Under the pieces are notes generated by a model. The model made no database searches. It had not been told where the DNA came from and saw nothing but the letters and a program-made list of their open reading frames with translations. DNA of 46,076 nt, counting the filler, from Jimgerdemannia flammicorona (lineage: Eukaryota): assembly GCA_003990765.1 (NCBI GenBank). It is 2 parts of 2 records of this genome, joined end to end, with 100 filler letters (N's around TTAATTAATTAA, not from the genome) between each part and the next. Parts side by side here need not be neighbours in the genome. Positions count along the whole stretch, not along the records: positions 1 to 22,995 come from RBNJ01001172.1; positions 23,096 to 46,076 come from RBNJ01001173.1. One strand, given 5' to 3'. Of the stretch, positions 22,033 through 33,141 are shown piece by piece. A program made the translations under genes and the position numbers. The stretch's first letter is position 1; each line of letters starts with the position of its first letter.

Positions 22033-22980
22033 TCAATTATCTGGTTTATAATAAAAGAGGTATATCTTGAGGTGGTTTATGTGTACTGGTGTCCTAAGGG
22101 TCTATCCATCTATGCTTCTTAAATAGATACTAGTTTCTCTGATATTGTGTACAAGATAAGGTCCTTCCCATTTGGGCTTCAGTTTAGTGGCAAAATTTAT
22201 TTCAATTATATTTCTCCAAACTAGTACTTGATCTCCAATCTTGATCTCCTGATCCTTTTGTTTCTGGTCATAGTACTTCTTTTGTCTTTCTTGAGCTTTG
22301 ATAATCTGAGCTCAGGCTTGATTACATAACTGTTCTGTCATCCTGAGGAGGTCACCAAGATTCTCATGGTCAGCAGTTCTGGTTCTCTTGGAAAACATCA
22401 TTTTGAATGGCTTTTATTTAGTGGAGGCAGCAGGGGTGTTCCAAATTTCCCTTAGGATCTCAGGTAAGCAGAGGTCCCAGTTGGTACAATTGACTCAGGC
22501 AAGTCCTTTCTTAATAATCTGGTTCATTCTTTCTATCATACCATTGGTCTGAAGGTAGTATGATATAGTTTATTTGAGGTGGATCTTGTAAATTCAGGCA
22601 TAACTTATAATTATGTTATTGATGAATTCTGTATCTCAGTCTGAGATAAGTTCTTCTAGGAGTCCATATCTGAGGGTAAGTCTATGGAGAAGGTCTACAA
22701 TGGTTAAGATATCTGTGATTTCTATTGGGAAAGCCTCGGGCCACTTGGTCAGGTATTCTATAAATATAAGAATATTCTTGTTTCTTTTTGGTATAACTGG
22801 TAGGGGTCCAATTACATCTACTCTCCATCTTTGAAAGATATTGTCTGATGGTGTGATTGGTTGCAATAGTGCTTGGTAGTTCTTTCTTCCTTGGTACTTC
22901 TGGCAGATGTCACATTTCTTGAGTATGTTCTGGACTTGTGTTCTGAGATTGGGCCAATGTTAGTGTATTGTTTACTACTT
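22033..22980 (-). pseudogene. Gypsy-3 integrase remnant
   Basis: HWPNL...CDICQK, FQRWRVDVIGPLP, YLTKWPEAFP, ELISD, QTNGMIERMNQ, LKPKWEGPY, VHINHLK. Confidence 0.9.
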
Positions 22981-22995
22981 TTCTTCTATTTTTTT

Positions 22996-23095
22996 NNNNN
23001 NNNNNNNNNNNNNNNNNNNNNNNNNNNNNNNNNNNNNNNTTAATTAATTAANNNNNNNNNNNNNNNNNNNNNNNNNNNNNNNNNNNNNNNNNNNN
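22996..23095. other. Artificial assembly spacer (44 N + TTAATTAATTAA + 44 N)
   Basis: Exactly 100 bp with a central palindromic all-frame stop linker. Confidence 0.97.
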
Positions 23096-23443
23096 AAAAA
23101 AAAAAAAAAAAAGTCAATATAAGATAAACCAAAGTAAACAATAAGTTATTAAAATAGTCACTATTATAATTTAGTTCTTTTTTAAGAATACTTAGATGTT
23201 ACTAAAAACTTGATATATATAGTTTAAGAGTTCTTTTATTAAGTTCTTACAGATTGAGAAAATATTAATTTATATAGTAAAAATACTTCAATATCTTAAC
23301 TTCAGACTGTAGTTTTAAGGATTTTTGTTGTACATAGACTAAATCTCTTATAATTTAGATTCAAGAATTTTTCTTTAGATTTATATATCAGTTTTCAATG
23401 AATAGATATTAGCTAGACTTCTGAATTTTAGTCAGAAATCTAG

Positions 23444-23652
23444 TGTAATTTAGATATTATTACTAAGAACTCGGAGAAATGTATATATGGAGAAATGTAG
23501 TTTTCTTTGTTGAACTGAACTAAAACTGAATTGATTTATTTCAGATTTACTGCTGGGGATATTTATACATTTGTTAGCTAACTAATGGTTTGGCTAAGTA
23601 ATGTGTGCAGATTTCTGGTTAACTAATACTAGGCTAAATCGGGTGTGTAACT
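23444..23652 (-). repeat. Probable short 5' LTR of a fourth, very decayed LTR element whose body runs left (23096-23443) into the gap
   Basis: Minus strand (a)GTTACA...TTACA termini, with TATAAATATCCCC and TGAAATAAA spaced as in the other LTRs. AT-rich, CpG-poor sequence ends sharply at about 23650. Confidence 0.55.
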
Positions 23653-23698
23653 TATGTTTTGTCTGGACAATGTCCAGCCAAAATGTCAGTCATTCGGT

Positions 23699-24720
23699 TC
23701 AGACTTCTGCCAAAACGTGAGTCACTGTGTTAAGTAATGTTTTGCTAAGTTGTACTGCGGTTCGTGCTGCGGCCCAATGTTCAGGGTATGTATATCGTTT
23801 TCCGCATCTTTTGCACGTCTCGTTCGTCTTTTCATATGCCGTCAAATCTTTCGTTCTACATGTAATCCTATTACAACTGTCAAGATCGAGATGGATGCAT
23901 TGAAGATTGGAGTGGATGTATTGAAACATGACAAGCCGAAGATATCAATGATAGCAGAAGAAGATTCAGGACACCATGCAGACTTTGGAACAAAGTGCCA
24001 ATAGTCTGCGAAACACCTTCTAGGTTAAGGCGATGTCCATATTGAGGCGAATATTCGCATCAATCTCCAGGTTCTCGACGAGCATGCCAAATTCATCGCG
24101 CAATTGACTTTGAAGAGAAGACTGCAATTTTTGAGTCACTTTGAACGAACTCGACGGAGCACTAGCGGATGATAAATAAATGGCGGTGCTGAAGGAAAGT
24201 AAAAGGCTGATGGATAAGTTAGACAGCAGGCGAAGTATCAGGAAACACAGCGGTGCAGATGTTGGCAACTTCTTTCACAGGGGCAAAATACTGGTCATAC
24301 CATACTTACCCTGCCGCTGCCCCTCAACCCGCGTTAGCAATCTTAAACATTTCGTTAAGCTATCCCTGCCCACGACCGTGTTTGGTTCGATCGAAAGCGC
24401 TTTTTGGTGTCAGATTTATGCTTAATTACACGTGACCTTCCACAAAACCATCAAAGTGGATTTTTAATAGCTGTTTTGACTCTCCTGGCGCGCGGTTATG
24501 GGATACTTGAGCGCCACCATTCTGGACCGGAAGCGTACTGATCATCTTCCGGTGAAAAGAACGCACGATAGCGAGCCTTTTCTCAAGGATCAGGAGGTGC
24601 GACATTAGATCCGGATTCAACATTCCCTGACGTTGCGTCGTCTAAAGAGCGTGGGGAGGGAGTGTTATAACCTTACAGACAATACCTGCTATCGTGATGG
24701 AATAGATACAGAGACGGAAA
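23699..24720 (-). pseudogene. Possible decayed multi-exon gene of unknown product
   Basis: Successive protein-like minus-strand ORF pieces with GT..AG intron-like gaps (e.g. gtaagt near 24309) and in-frame stops. No recognisable domain. Confidence 0.3.
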
Positions 24721-26070
24721 TGAGTATATCAAATTAGCGGAGCGAACTAGCCGCCCCTGGCTCTTTCTCCTTTTCAACCTTACCCTGCATCTCACGGCTA
24801 CCTACGTTTGAAGCATAGTTGTTTTGACTCTACAACAATGATGGCTCGACTGTGAACTCACGCCTTGCAACCCCGCCATGTGGAACCACCATGACTATCA
24901 GATACTCATTCTGTTTCCACCATTCGCGTACCTCGCGCCACGGCGTCCAACATCCCCCCCCAACAATTCTCAGGCCCGCAATTGAACACTTGAGTGACGT
25001 CATTAATCCGATAACGCCGCCTAACCCTGTCTCTCTCCCTCCGTGTTTTTCTCCCCTGCAACGGTAACACAATCTCGAGCTCCCCTTTATAGTAATAATA
25101 TATAAATACGCTCTCAATCTGCACTATATAAAGCGAAAACAGCGACAACCTAGGCATATGATCCCAGTTTGCATCGTATAAGATTAGCAAAGCGAAGACT
25201 TTTCTTCGTCCTTCATTGGGTCCCCCCAGGTCTTCGAACCCCTCCCGCTTACGCCCCGACCACGAATTTAGCTAACCTTCTCACTTTACTTACATGCTTC
25301 TCCACCGGCTCCTCGCCGCAACTTTTTTTTTTTTTTTTTGATCCCCTAACTCCTAGAAGCCTGACCTTCTGCATCTTCTATGTCAATCACACGAGCGCAA
25401 TACTGGCACTTGGACAATGTGGCGAAACGTTGCTTGTCCAGCAGTAGCTGCCAAGGAGAGTTGAATCTTCGTACTCTTCCTGGGGCCAGAGACATTATGC
25501 ACTACGAAGATTGTTTTGCTGGTCAATACAACGAATCGCTCATACAACACAGACGTCCTCGCAAATAACCAACAACAATTTACCGGTCAAATTTAACACA
25601 AATGGTGGCATTATGGAAGATATTTGAATTTCAGAAGGCGCCTATTCCTGCATTCACCCCCTTTTCCTTCGTTGTTGACTAGGACAAAAGTTACAGGTTT
25701 CCCATCGACTGTGATGTCTTCCTGTCTCTTGAACATTCACGCCTTTCCCGTTTTCAAATTAAACTCTATATACGAAAATGAAATTAACTGCCCTTTTTTC
25801 CTCTCCCTTATTCACTCTATTAAGGAAGTTGTCGTCGCAACATTCCTAAACCCGCCGTATTTTCGATAATACATGTCACATACCTTCAGCAAAAATGGTA
25901 TGTAGAACTGCCTCGAAGACGGCAATCGTAAGGGGGGTTGCCGCTTCCCATCGGTCTTATTATGATAGCGCGTGAAAGGATGAGGAGTTTGGGTAATCCC
26001 TGTGTAACATACAATTACAAGGCCTGAACGTTGGAAAGGTTGGTGTTCCTTGGTGGGCGGAACCGTTAGC

Positions 26071-26230
26071 CCATTTCATGAACGGGCGCTGGTGATCTGT
26101 GAGAAGTTGTTGGGAACAAAGCACCCATTCACACCATCTCTAAATGACCAGGCTTTGCTTACGACAAGTACGACAAGGCGGAGCCGCTGTACGAACGCGC
26201 GCTGGCGATCAGTGCACCCAGATATGGAAC
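26071..26230 (+). pseudogene. TPR (kinesin-light-chain/NLR-type 42-aa repeat) gene fragment
   Basis: PFHERALVICEKLLGTKHPFT-SLNDQALL followed, after a frameshift, by KYDKAEPLYERALAI..HPD. Confidence 0.8.
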
Positions 26231-29200
26231 AACCTGTCTGTTGTTCTTCGTGTTTTTGAATGTTATGGGGCGTACATGGAGATTCCAGTTCGTATTTGGA
26301 GATTCTAAAGGTTTTTGGACGAGGAAAGTGACAGAGAACACCGCAAACCTACTGGCCCAGACAAAGATTATCGGACGTCCCGTGAGAACCTCATTCGTAT
26401 TTCCCAATGTTGTTCGACCGCATCGTTCACGACGTAACCCCACATAATTACGTCATTTGAGAAAAGATCAAAACCGGAAACTCGGAACCAACACATGACG
26501 TTACACAAGGGGTCACTCTACCGCGGCTCACCTTTGACTGCGCATGCAAGTAATTACATGGTAGCGAAACGGAACCCTAGCAAGACACGAGTTCAAAAGG
26601 AGCTGAAAACGCAGCAATACGTGCAAGCTGATGTAATCAGATCACCGTTTTGCTGATGGTCTGATGGCAGACACTCACTGTCATATCAAGGGCTGGTTCA
26701 ATCGTTTGATTGTGGTCTCCATACTCTTTTCCAATATCGCCTCTGCAATTCTCTTACAAGACGACATCTTAATGGAAACAGGAGCTTATGACTCAAGTAC
26801 TAAAATTCTCTGGGAAAGTAACAGCCGTGAGATACAAACGACGGATCCTATTCTCTCCTGATATATACAAGAGGTACAGGACGAATACCAGCAGTTCGAA
26901 ACCACGATAATAACGGCCCTCCGATCCGCAAACACCATCGGCCAAGAAGTTTCAGCTGCCCAGAAAGCCCTTATGGTTCTCCCGAGTGATGACCTGTAAC
27001 ACATTGAGATGAACTCTTTCGTCGGCGAGTTCAGTGGCCTCTCGGGTATTTGCAAACCTGTTACAGCAACCACTATCGCGGATAAGGAAAATTTGATTGG
27101 TCATTCCTTCCTCTAGCCATAATCTTATTTTCCGTAATGATACCTACGACGGAGCTCGATTTTGCGGAACCGTTGGCGTTGGTGTCGTTTTTCTTACATG
27201 TTGTGTGCGTGGGAATTGTGATTTGGAAGCTAAAACTATTGCGAGGTATGCTGTCCGGACTGAGTATCTATCGCGTTCTGAAGAAAAGCCACTGAGGACA
27301 CATGTTCATTGATAATAATGCTGTACATAACTATTCTAGGAATCAAGAGAATGGAGGCTAGGAGTAGCGATATGTCGAAATTTCACACGAAAATAACGGA
27401 GGCAAGTCGGGGTTCGGCCCGTTTTGGCACATGAAAACGGCCCAGGTGAACCAAATGACGAAGGAACTTGTGACCTGGCAGCAGGAAGCAAGCAACAACC
27501 ACATCAATTTCGAAGCCCACAAATATTTCCGTTGGAACGTGATGAAACGGTTGCAACGACCCGGCAACGATATGAGGATCGTCCAAGAATCGGTGGAGAA
27601 GCGTTTATAAATCGTGGACACCGGGCCGGCGAACATTTTTTTTTTTTCCGTGAGGCGACTGCGGATACCGTTGGCCGGTAGTTCCGATGTCGGAAGCGCT
27701 GTAGTGATGAACATGGACGAGAAAAACAACATTCCCCATTTGTGATATTTTGGTTTTCGACTCTTTTTTTGCGTTCCCATCTTTTTTTTTTTGTAATTAC
27801 CAATATAGTGTTCAAGTTGCTATCGCTTAGTTCATTTTGTAAAAAGTCGATGTACTCGAATAAAGCAACAATCTCAGTCAGGACTTCAAGGCAAAAAAGC
27901 AGAACGTTATGCGGGAGAGGATAAGCTGGCAAAGATTCCATTAGAGGTGGACAAGTCCATGGTTGTAGACGCAGCAGAAGCATGGACATTGAAATACTCC
28001 GCCCGATGAATTATCCGGCTTGTAAATATTGACTACTTCAAACCGACTGGATGAGTTCCTACGAAACCGGCAACGGGATTGGCGGATGTGCACCCGTCTG
28101 TGAGGTTCATTTTTGAGGTCATCTGTCAGTGCTTTCCGCGTTATAACATGACAAGCGCAAGTGGGAATTTGGACCTTTGCTTGGTACCACCAGCTCCCCT
28201 TTTTAATAAGAATCAAAAGAACAGAGCCACTTCTGTATTTCAATTCTGACCATGTCTAAAGAAGGCCCTCACAATCCCGAATACCACCGACCCAACGCCC
28301 GAATCCCGTCCTTCTCTATTTCACATTCCCCAAAACCCGACATTCACCGACCAGTATATACAGTCCCGAATCAACTAACATATGGGCCAGTAAGCCTAGG
28401 GAGGCTGTATCACAAATCCTGGTACTGTACATTGAGTACAATTGAGTACATGCCATACATTTAAGTATATGTGTACACCAAGTATGCCATGTATGTAACA
28501 TGGTTTTATGATGTGGGCGCGACGAGCAAGGCTGTACCAAACGGGGAGGGGGTAGGACGGAGGGCGAGGAAGGAGAGGGTGACTATGGCGGTGATGATAG
28601 AGAAGTTGAAGTTTATGGCGCTGCCGGCAACGATGCTCATCGTGGCGTAAGCCAGGCTGAGACACGCCAGGCGCTGTTGGGCGTAGCTGGTCCGGCGGAT
28701 CGGGATGTTAGAGCGAGGGCAGCGAAAGCGGAGATGCGGACCTCATGAACACCCTCGCGAGAAAATGGAGTACGAGAACAGGACTAGCAAGTTGTTAAGG
28801 CCGACTTGACCGTCTGCGATGAGGGATTTAAGGGATGTGACGTAAGCATGAGAATATGATGTACAAATAAACGAATCACGGGAGGGCGAGAGACGCATGC
28901 GCCAATCTTGTGATGGCGGGAGCGCCGTAGAGAATGAATGACTTCAATCTTTTAGCTGCCGTTGCGGCGTTGCGGGCCTGCGGGACGGAAAAGAGATTAA
29001 TTAACACGTTAAGGCAACCCCAAGATAAACCACTAGTTCCCAATTGCTCTACCCCATTTCCACGCTTCACAAACCCACTATTTTTATGGTATAAAGCCTG
29101 TTGGTAAGCGACGCGAATTAGGAAGACTATGTTGATCAGATCCAGGTTCGCTAACTGGCACGCCCTCTGTGATGTGGCGTGGAAAATGGTGAGGGTGAGG

Positions 29201-30082
29201 GGAAAGAGAGGAATATGTGCACGTGTGGAGATGGTATACCGAAGATGCAGAGGGAGTCGTACTCGCTTGTGCCTGGGAAGTCGAGGCCCGCCCGAAGCAT
29301 GCCGGGAGGATCCTGTAGGAGGTGGGAGGAGATGACAATCAGGTCGTCGGAAACAAGACAATATCACACCCTGCCCAAAGTTGCCTTGCTCGCCATGATA
29401 GGTATTAAGCCATACCTGCGTACCCGTGAGGCTGTCGTTGGTGACGAGGATGATGTCCTTGAGCCAATGGTAGAGACTTTTTGCGCATTTAGCCATCGGT
29501 TTCGTTAAAGGCCTCGGATCTAAGTAACTGTGTCCCTATGAGATACCTTCACGACAGGTGCTTTTCACAACCTGGTAGAACGAACGCGCGCGTATTAACG
29601 TCTCGCTAGTCTAATATGGACGTCGTGTTAATCGGGTCCTATCATTAGGTGTTGAACATCCTAGCCACACCTCTCTATTCACCGGGCGCCCACATCAAAA
29701 GAAAAGGCTTGATGGGGATCAATGATAGCACCTACCCGTGCCCTCCTCTGCCGAGTCGATCCAAACTGTGCCTTTCTACAAGACGGCCATATTGGCAGCT
29801 GCCACTGCCAATCTGCTGTTATAGTTCCACCTGAGGCCCCCATCCAGCACAGGCTTGGAAGCCTCCAAGTCCTTCTCGGAGCAGCTCTGGACATTGTCTA
29901 AGAGCGTGAGCATAATGTCCTTCATAGTTCCTCTTAAGAAGTTGTAGCATCTGGAGACGGGTCGACCTATTCGGAGAACGCATGCTCCACTCAATTAGCC
30001 TTACCGTTCATGACGTTCTTGCAGATGTGGCATCCTTCTTTCGGACGTGAATGCAGCTGTGGTCGCTCGGCCCCTCTCCTTT

Positions 30083-30563
30083 TAATAGTGCGTTATAATT
30101 GGCATTGGGTCTTGGCAACATTTCGGGAGATTGTTTAGTTGTGGAAGAGCGGAAGTTGTTGGGAAGATGAATTCGACCGAGATAACTGGCTGTGGCGACT
30201 CGAGTAGATTGCTCACGAGTTCGAGCTGGAAAGATAACGCGGAAACCCCAATGAATAATAGTGCGTTGTAATGATGGCATTGGGTCTTGGCAACATTTCG
30301 ATTGTTTAGTTGTGAGAGTGCAGAAGTTGTTCGGAAGACGAATTCGAGCGAGATAACCGGCTGTGGCGACTCGAGTAGATTGCCCACGTGTTCGAGTCGG
30401 AAAGATAACGGGAAAACCCCAATGGATAATAGTGCGTTGTAATGATGGCATTGGGTCTTGGCAACATTTCGGGCGATTGTTTAGTTGGCGATCGAGATGT
30501 GTGGCTGTGGCGACTCAAGATTGCTTACGAATTCGAATCAGAAAGATAGCGCGGAAACCCCAT
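30083..30563. repeat. About 172-bp tandem repeat, 3 copies (third internally deleted)
   Basis: Unit start taatagtgcgtt at 30083, 30256 and 30427; each unit ends aaagata.cg.g(g)aaacccca.t. Confidence 0.92.
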
Positions 30564-32112
30564 TGGGGGGTACGGTGAGCATTCTCCATCACGTTTACTC
30601 CTGCTTCATAGATTTGTGTAGCTCGAAGCTATTTGATATGTCCAAAACCAGGATTCCGGGAGTTTGATAAAACCGTTCAAGGATCTCTTGATTTACTATT
30701 GGCCACTGGCCGTTCAGCAATATGCAGTTACCTTCTTCCTTTTCCTTTTTTCTTTTGGTCTGCGTACCATGTTACGTCGCTAATTACCGAAAAAATATAA
30801 TCCCTACGTATCCTGTGCCATCTGTCCGGATACCCATCCCGTCTGTTCCGAAACCCTAAACTATGTGTATAGGTTATGCAACATTGGCACTGGCGATGAT
30901 ATATAATGATCGAATCAAGTGCTTCGACAAAGGCACGTGTCCAAATACAGTTACCGTCACCCTCTGGCGAAATGACCGCTCCCAAAAATCCGCGGTTTCG
31001 AATATTGCCCTGGGAAGCGCGAAACCGTTTCCGGCCCGGAGATGGAGCATCAAGAACATCATATTCATCATTTACTACTCGTGGGTGCGCAGTTATTTTT
31101 GAAAAACGATAGGAGACGGATGCATCAACATAAAAAAAGTTACAATAGTTTAAATTGGGAACGTGTATAGCTAAAATTGGCAATCTGTCCACGTGAGTCG
31201 CTTTGCTAAAGATCTTTAACTTTAAAGTGGAATATGTGATTGGAAGCTAAACTAGATGGCCTAATTCGTAGTCGGCACTAGCTTTTGTTAATTCCAAAGA
31301 AAGGCTTTGACGTTACCCTCGGATTATTAAAACTGCAATTGATAGATAACATGGATCCTGAATTTGGGACTTTTTTTTAAAAAAAACAAAATGCAAACTC
31401 TTAACGTTACACCAATTACAAAATTGGATAATAGAATAATACACAACGATCTCTAATATGCAGGGAATGATCTTGGTGTCCAAAAGATGCATTGTGAAGT
31501 GAGTAGATGATCTTAAAGGTCATGAGGTGTGACCACCTCATACGACACTCCTAATACGCCTCCCGCGGACTCGCACCGCGTTCTACTACCCTCACCTCTT
31601 TTTGCGCCACTTCAGATCTGTGTCTTGCTCCTGATTCCCTTGCTTCCGCCAATTTACGTAATGGTTCCTACATGCTGAGTTTGAGTTATGGCCTATGGAG
31701 ATCTACTGAATGTCAGTCATTTATCTTGCTTAAGTTATTGTGTGTGTGTGTGTGGAAAGGGGCGGTTGCACATGTACCATCCGCAGTAGGTGGCTGATAA
31801 GGCGATGACGACAGAGCGACAAGTTCCATCTGATTAGATGGATGGACGGAAACCCTGGCAATTTGACGAATCTCTAAACGACATAATTATACAGGACGAT
31901 CACGGAACTAACATGCATTCTGGGATATTACGTAATCGTACGTTTGCAATTTGGAAATTGAGCATCTAACACGATGTACAATGCTGGTTCAAGTGGAGAT
32001 AAAGGTCCAAGTTCAATTCTACTTGAATGGAGACAATTTCAAAAATTACGATAGTGCCTGATCTACAAGTCAGCTGCCAATATGTCTCACTGAAGTGGTT
32101 ACCGATCTTTAA

Positions 32113-33141
32113 ATGTATAAAGTGCCAAAAATTGCGAAGCAGTCACCCGGAGATAAAGAGAGCATCAGCACACATTCCTCTCACCTCACCTGTCCACTGA
32201 CAATGCGCGCCCTCTTGCCCAAAACGCCCTCTCAAACGTTTTCCGACTCTGTCGATATCCCTAAAGATCTTCTCCATGATTTCCATCAATCTCCCACCTT
32301 TCTGTTGCACGAGAGCACCATCGATGTAGAGTCCCAGTCGTCCAACAGCACACGGTTTGCCGTGCGCAGTGGTGGAGTGCCCGACATCATATTTGCCGAT
32401 GCCTCATGTATGCAACTGTCCATCAGATCCCAGATTGAGTTCATCGAGAGCCCGACGAAAACGAATTTCGATGTGGATATGTACCAAGAGAAAATCTCGG
32501 CCATCGCATTCGAACCCATGCAGTACACGCACGGGGTCATCCAAGTCAAGCAAGAAGACCAATCCGACCACGAGCAAGCACTTCCAGATGACGCAGACAG
32601 ACTCACCGACACCGACTCCAACCACCTCTACTGCCCCTATTCCCCAACCGACCCACTTCAATGGAGCGTCCCCTCCCCGCCACCTGCCTCGCGCCACCTC
32701 CCAGGAACGTCTGTCTGGAGCGTCCCAAGCGCCGCCACGGCCGCCGCAGCGACTACCACGCGACGCAAGCAAATTCCACGCGCGTTGGCGCAAGAGATGA
32801 TTGATGCCTTCATGGTGCATAAGAGTGCCCGCCAGTTGGCGCGTGATTACAGCTACAGCTACAGCACGTGCAAGCGACTCGTGCAGCGGTGGAAGACAAC
32901 GGGCACGCCCTCGAGGCGTGCAGGAGGAGGAAGACCCAAGAAGCTTTCGGCAGGGGATTTGGCCGCGCTAGAGAGCATCATCAAGGAGAACCGTGGGGCC
33001 ACGCTCGCGCAATATGTCGATATCATGGTCCAGAAGGGATTGCCGCGGCTGTGCGACGATACGCTGAGGAGGTACTTGCACGAACTTGGGTATAGGTCCA
33101 GGCCGGCGAACCCGAGCGGTACGCACGCTGTTAGGGAGTAA
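32113..33141 (+). CDS. Protein with an acidic/Ser-Pro-rich N-terminus and a C-terminal Tc1/mariner-type paired-like double HTH, no DDE domain (true start may be ATG 32203)
   Basis: Uninterrupted 342-codon, CpG-rich ORF. SARQLARDYSYSYSTCKRLVQRWKTTG...GGGRPKKLS...IIKENRGATL...DDTLRRYLHELGYRSR matches the HTH-GRPR-HTH layout of Tc1 transposases. Confidence 0.85.
   Translation: MYKVPKIAKQSPGDKESISTHSSHLTCPLTMRALLPKTPSQTFSDSVDIPKDLLHDFHQSPTFLLHESTIDVESQSSNSTRFAVRSGGVPDIIFADASCMQLSIRSQIEFIESPTKTNFDVDMYQEKISAIAFEPMQYTHGVIQVKQEDQSDHEQALPDDADRLTDTDSNHLYCPYSPTDPLQWSVPSPPPASRHLPGTSVWSVPSAATAAAATTTRRKQIPRALAQEMIDAFMVHKSARQLARDYSYSYSTCKRLVQRWKTTGTPSRRAGGGRPKKLSAGDLAALESIIKENRGATLAQYVDIMVQKGLPRLCDDTLRRYLHELGYRSRPANPSGTHAVRE

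Larger units (their letters stand above)
9477..22990 (-). mobile_element. Gypsy-3: 3' part of a Ty3/Gypsy element (integrase, accessory ORF, PPT, 3' LTR split by LINE-B into 9477-9503 and 21196-21495)
   Basis: Integrase motifs at 22033-22980. PPT AGTAGGGG then TGTAATG at 21495. Removing LINE-B and one TSD copy restores TATAAAATACCCCAGAGATAAGAGTGAATAAATCTGACCA. The left boundary at 9477 (TG) is less certain. Confidence 0.8.

Noticed and set aside
23040..23051. TTAATTAATTAA palindrome as a biological site
   Set aside because: It is centred in exactly 100 bp of N padding, an assembly linker.
30083..30563. Repeat as a CRISPR array or repeat-protein gene (ORFs 30008-30451 etc.)
   Set aside because: The whole unit is repeated, and unit lengths of 173 and 171 bp do not keep a consistent frame.
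32113..33141. Active Tc1/mariner transposon
   Set aside because: No DDE domain or TIRs are seen, and the HTH is C-terminal.
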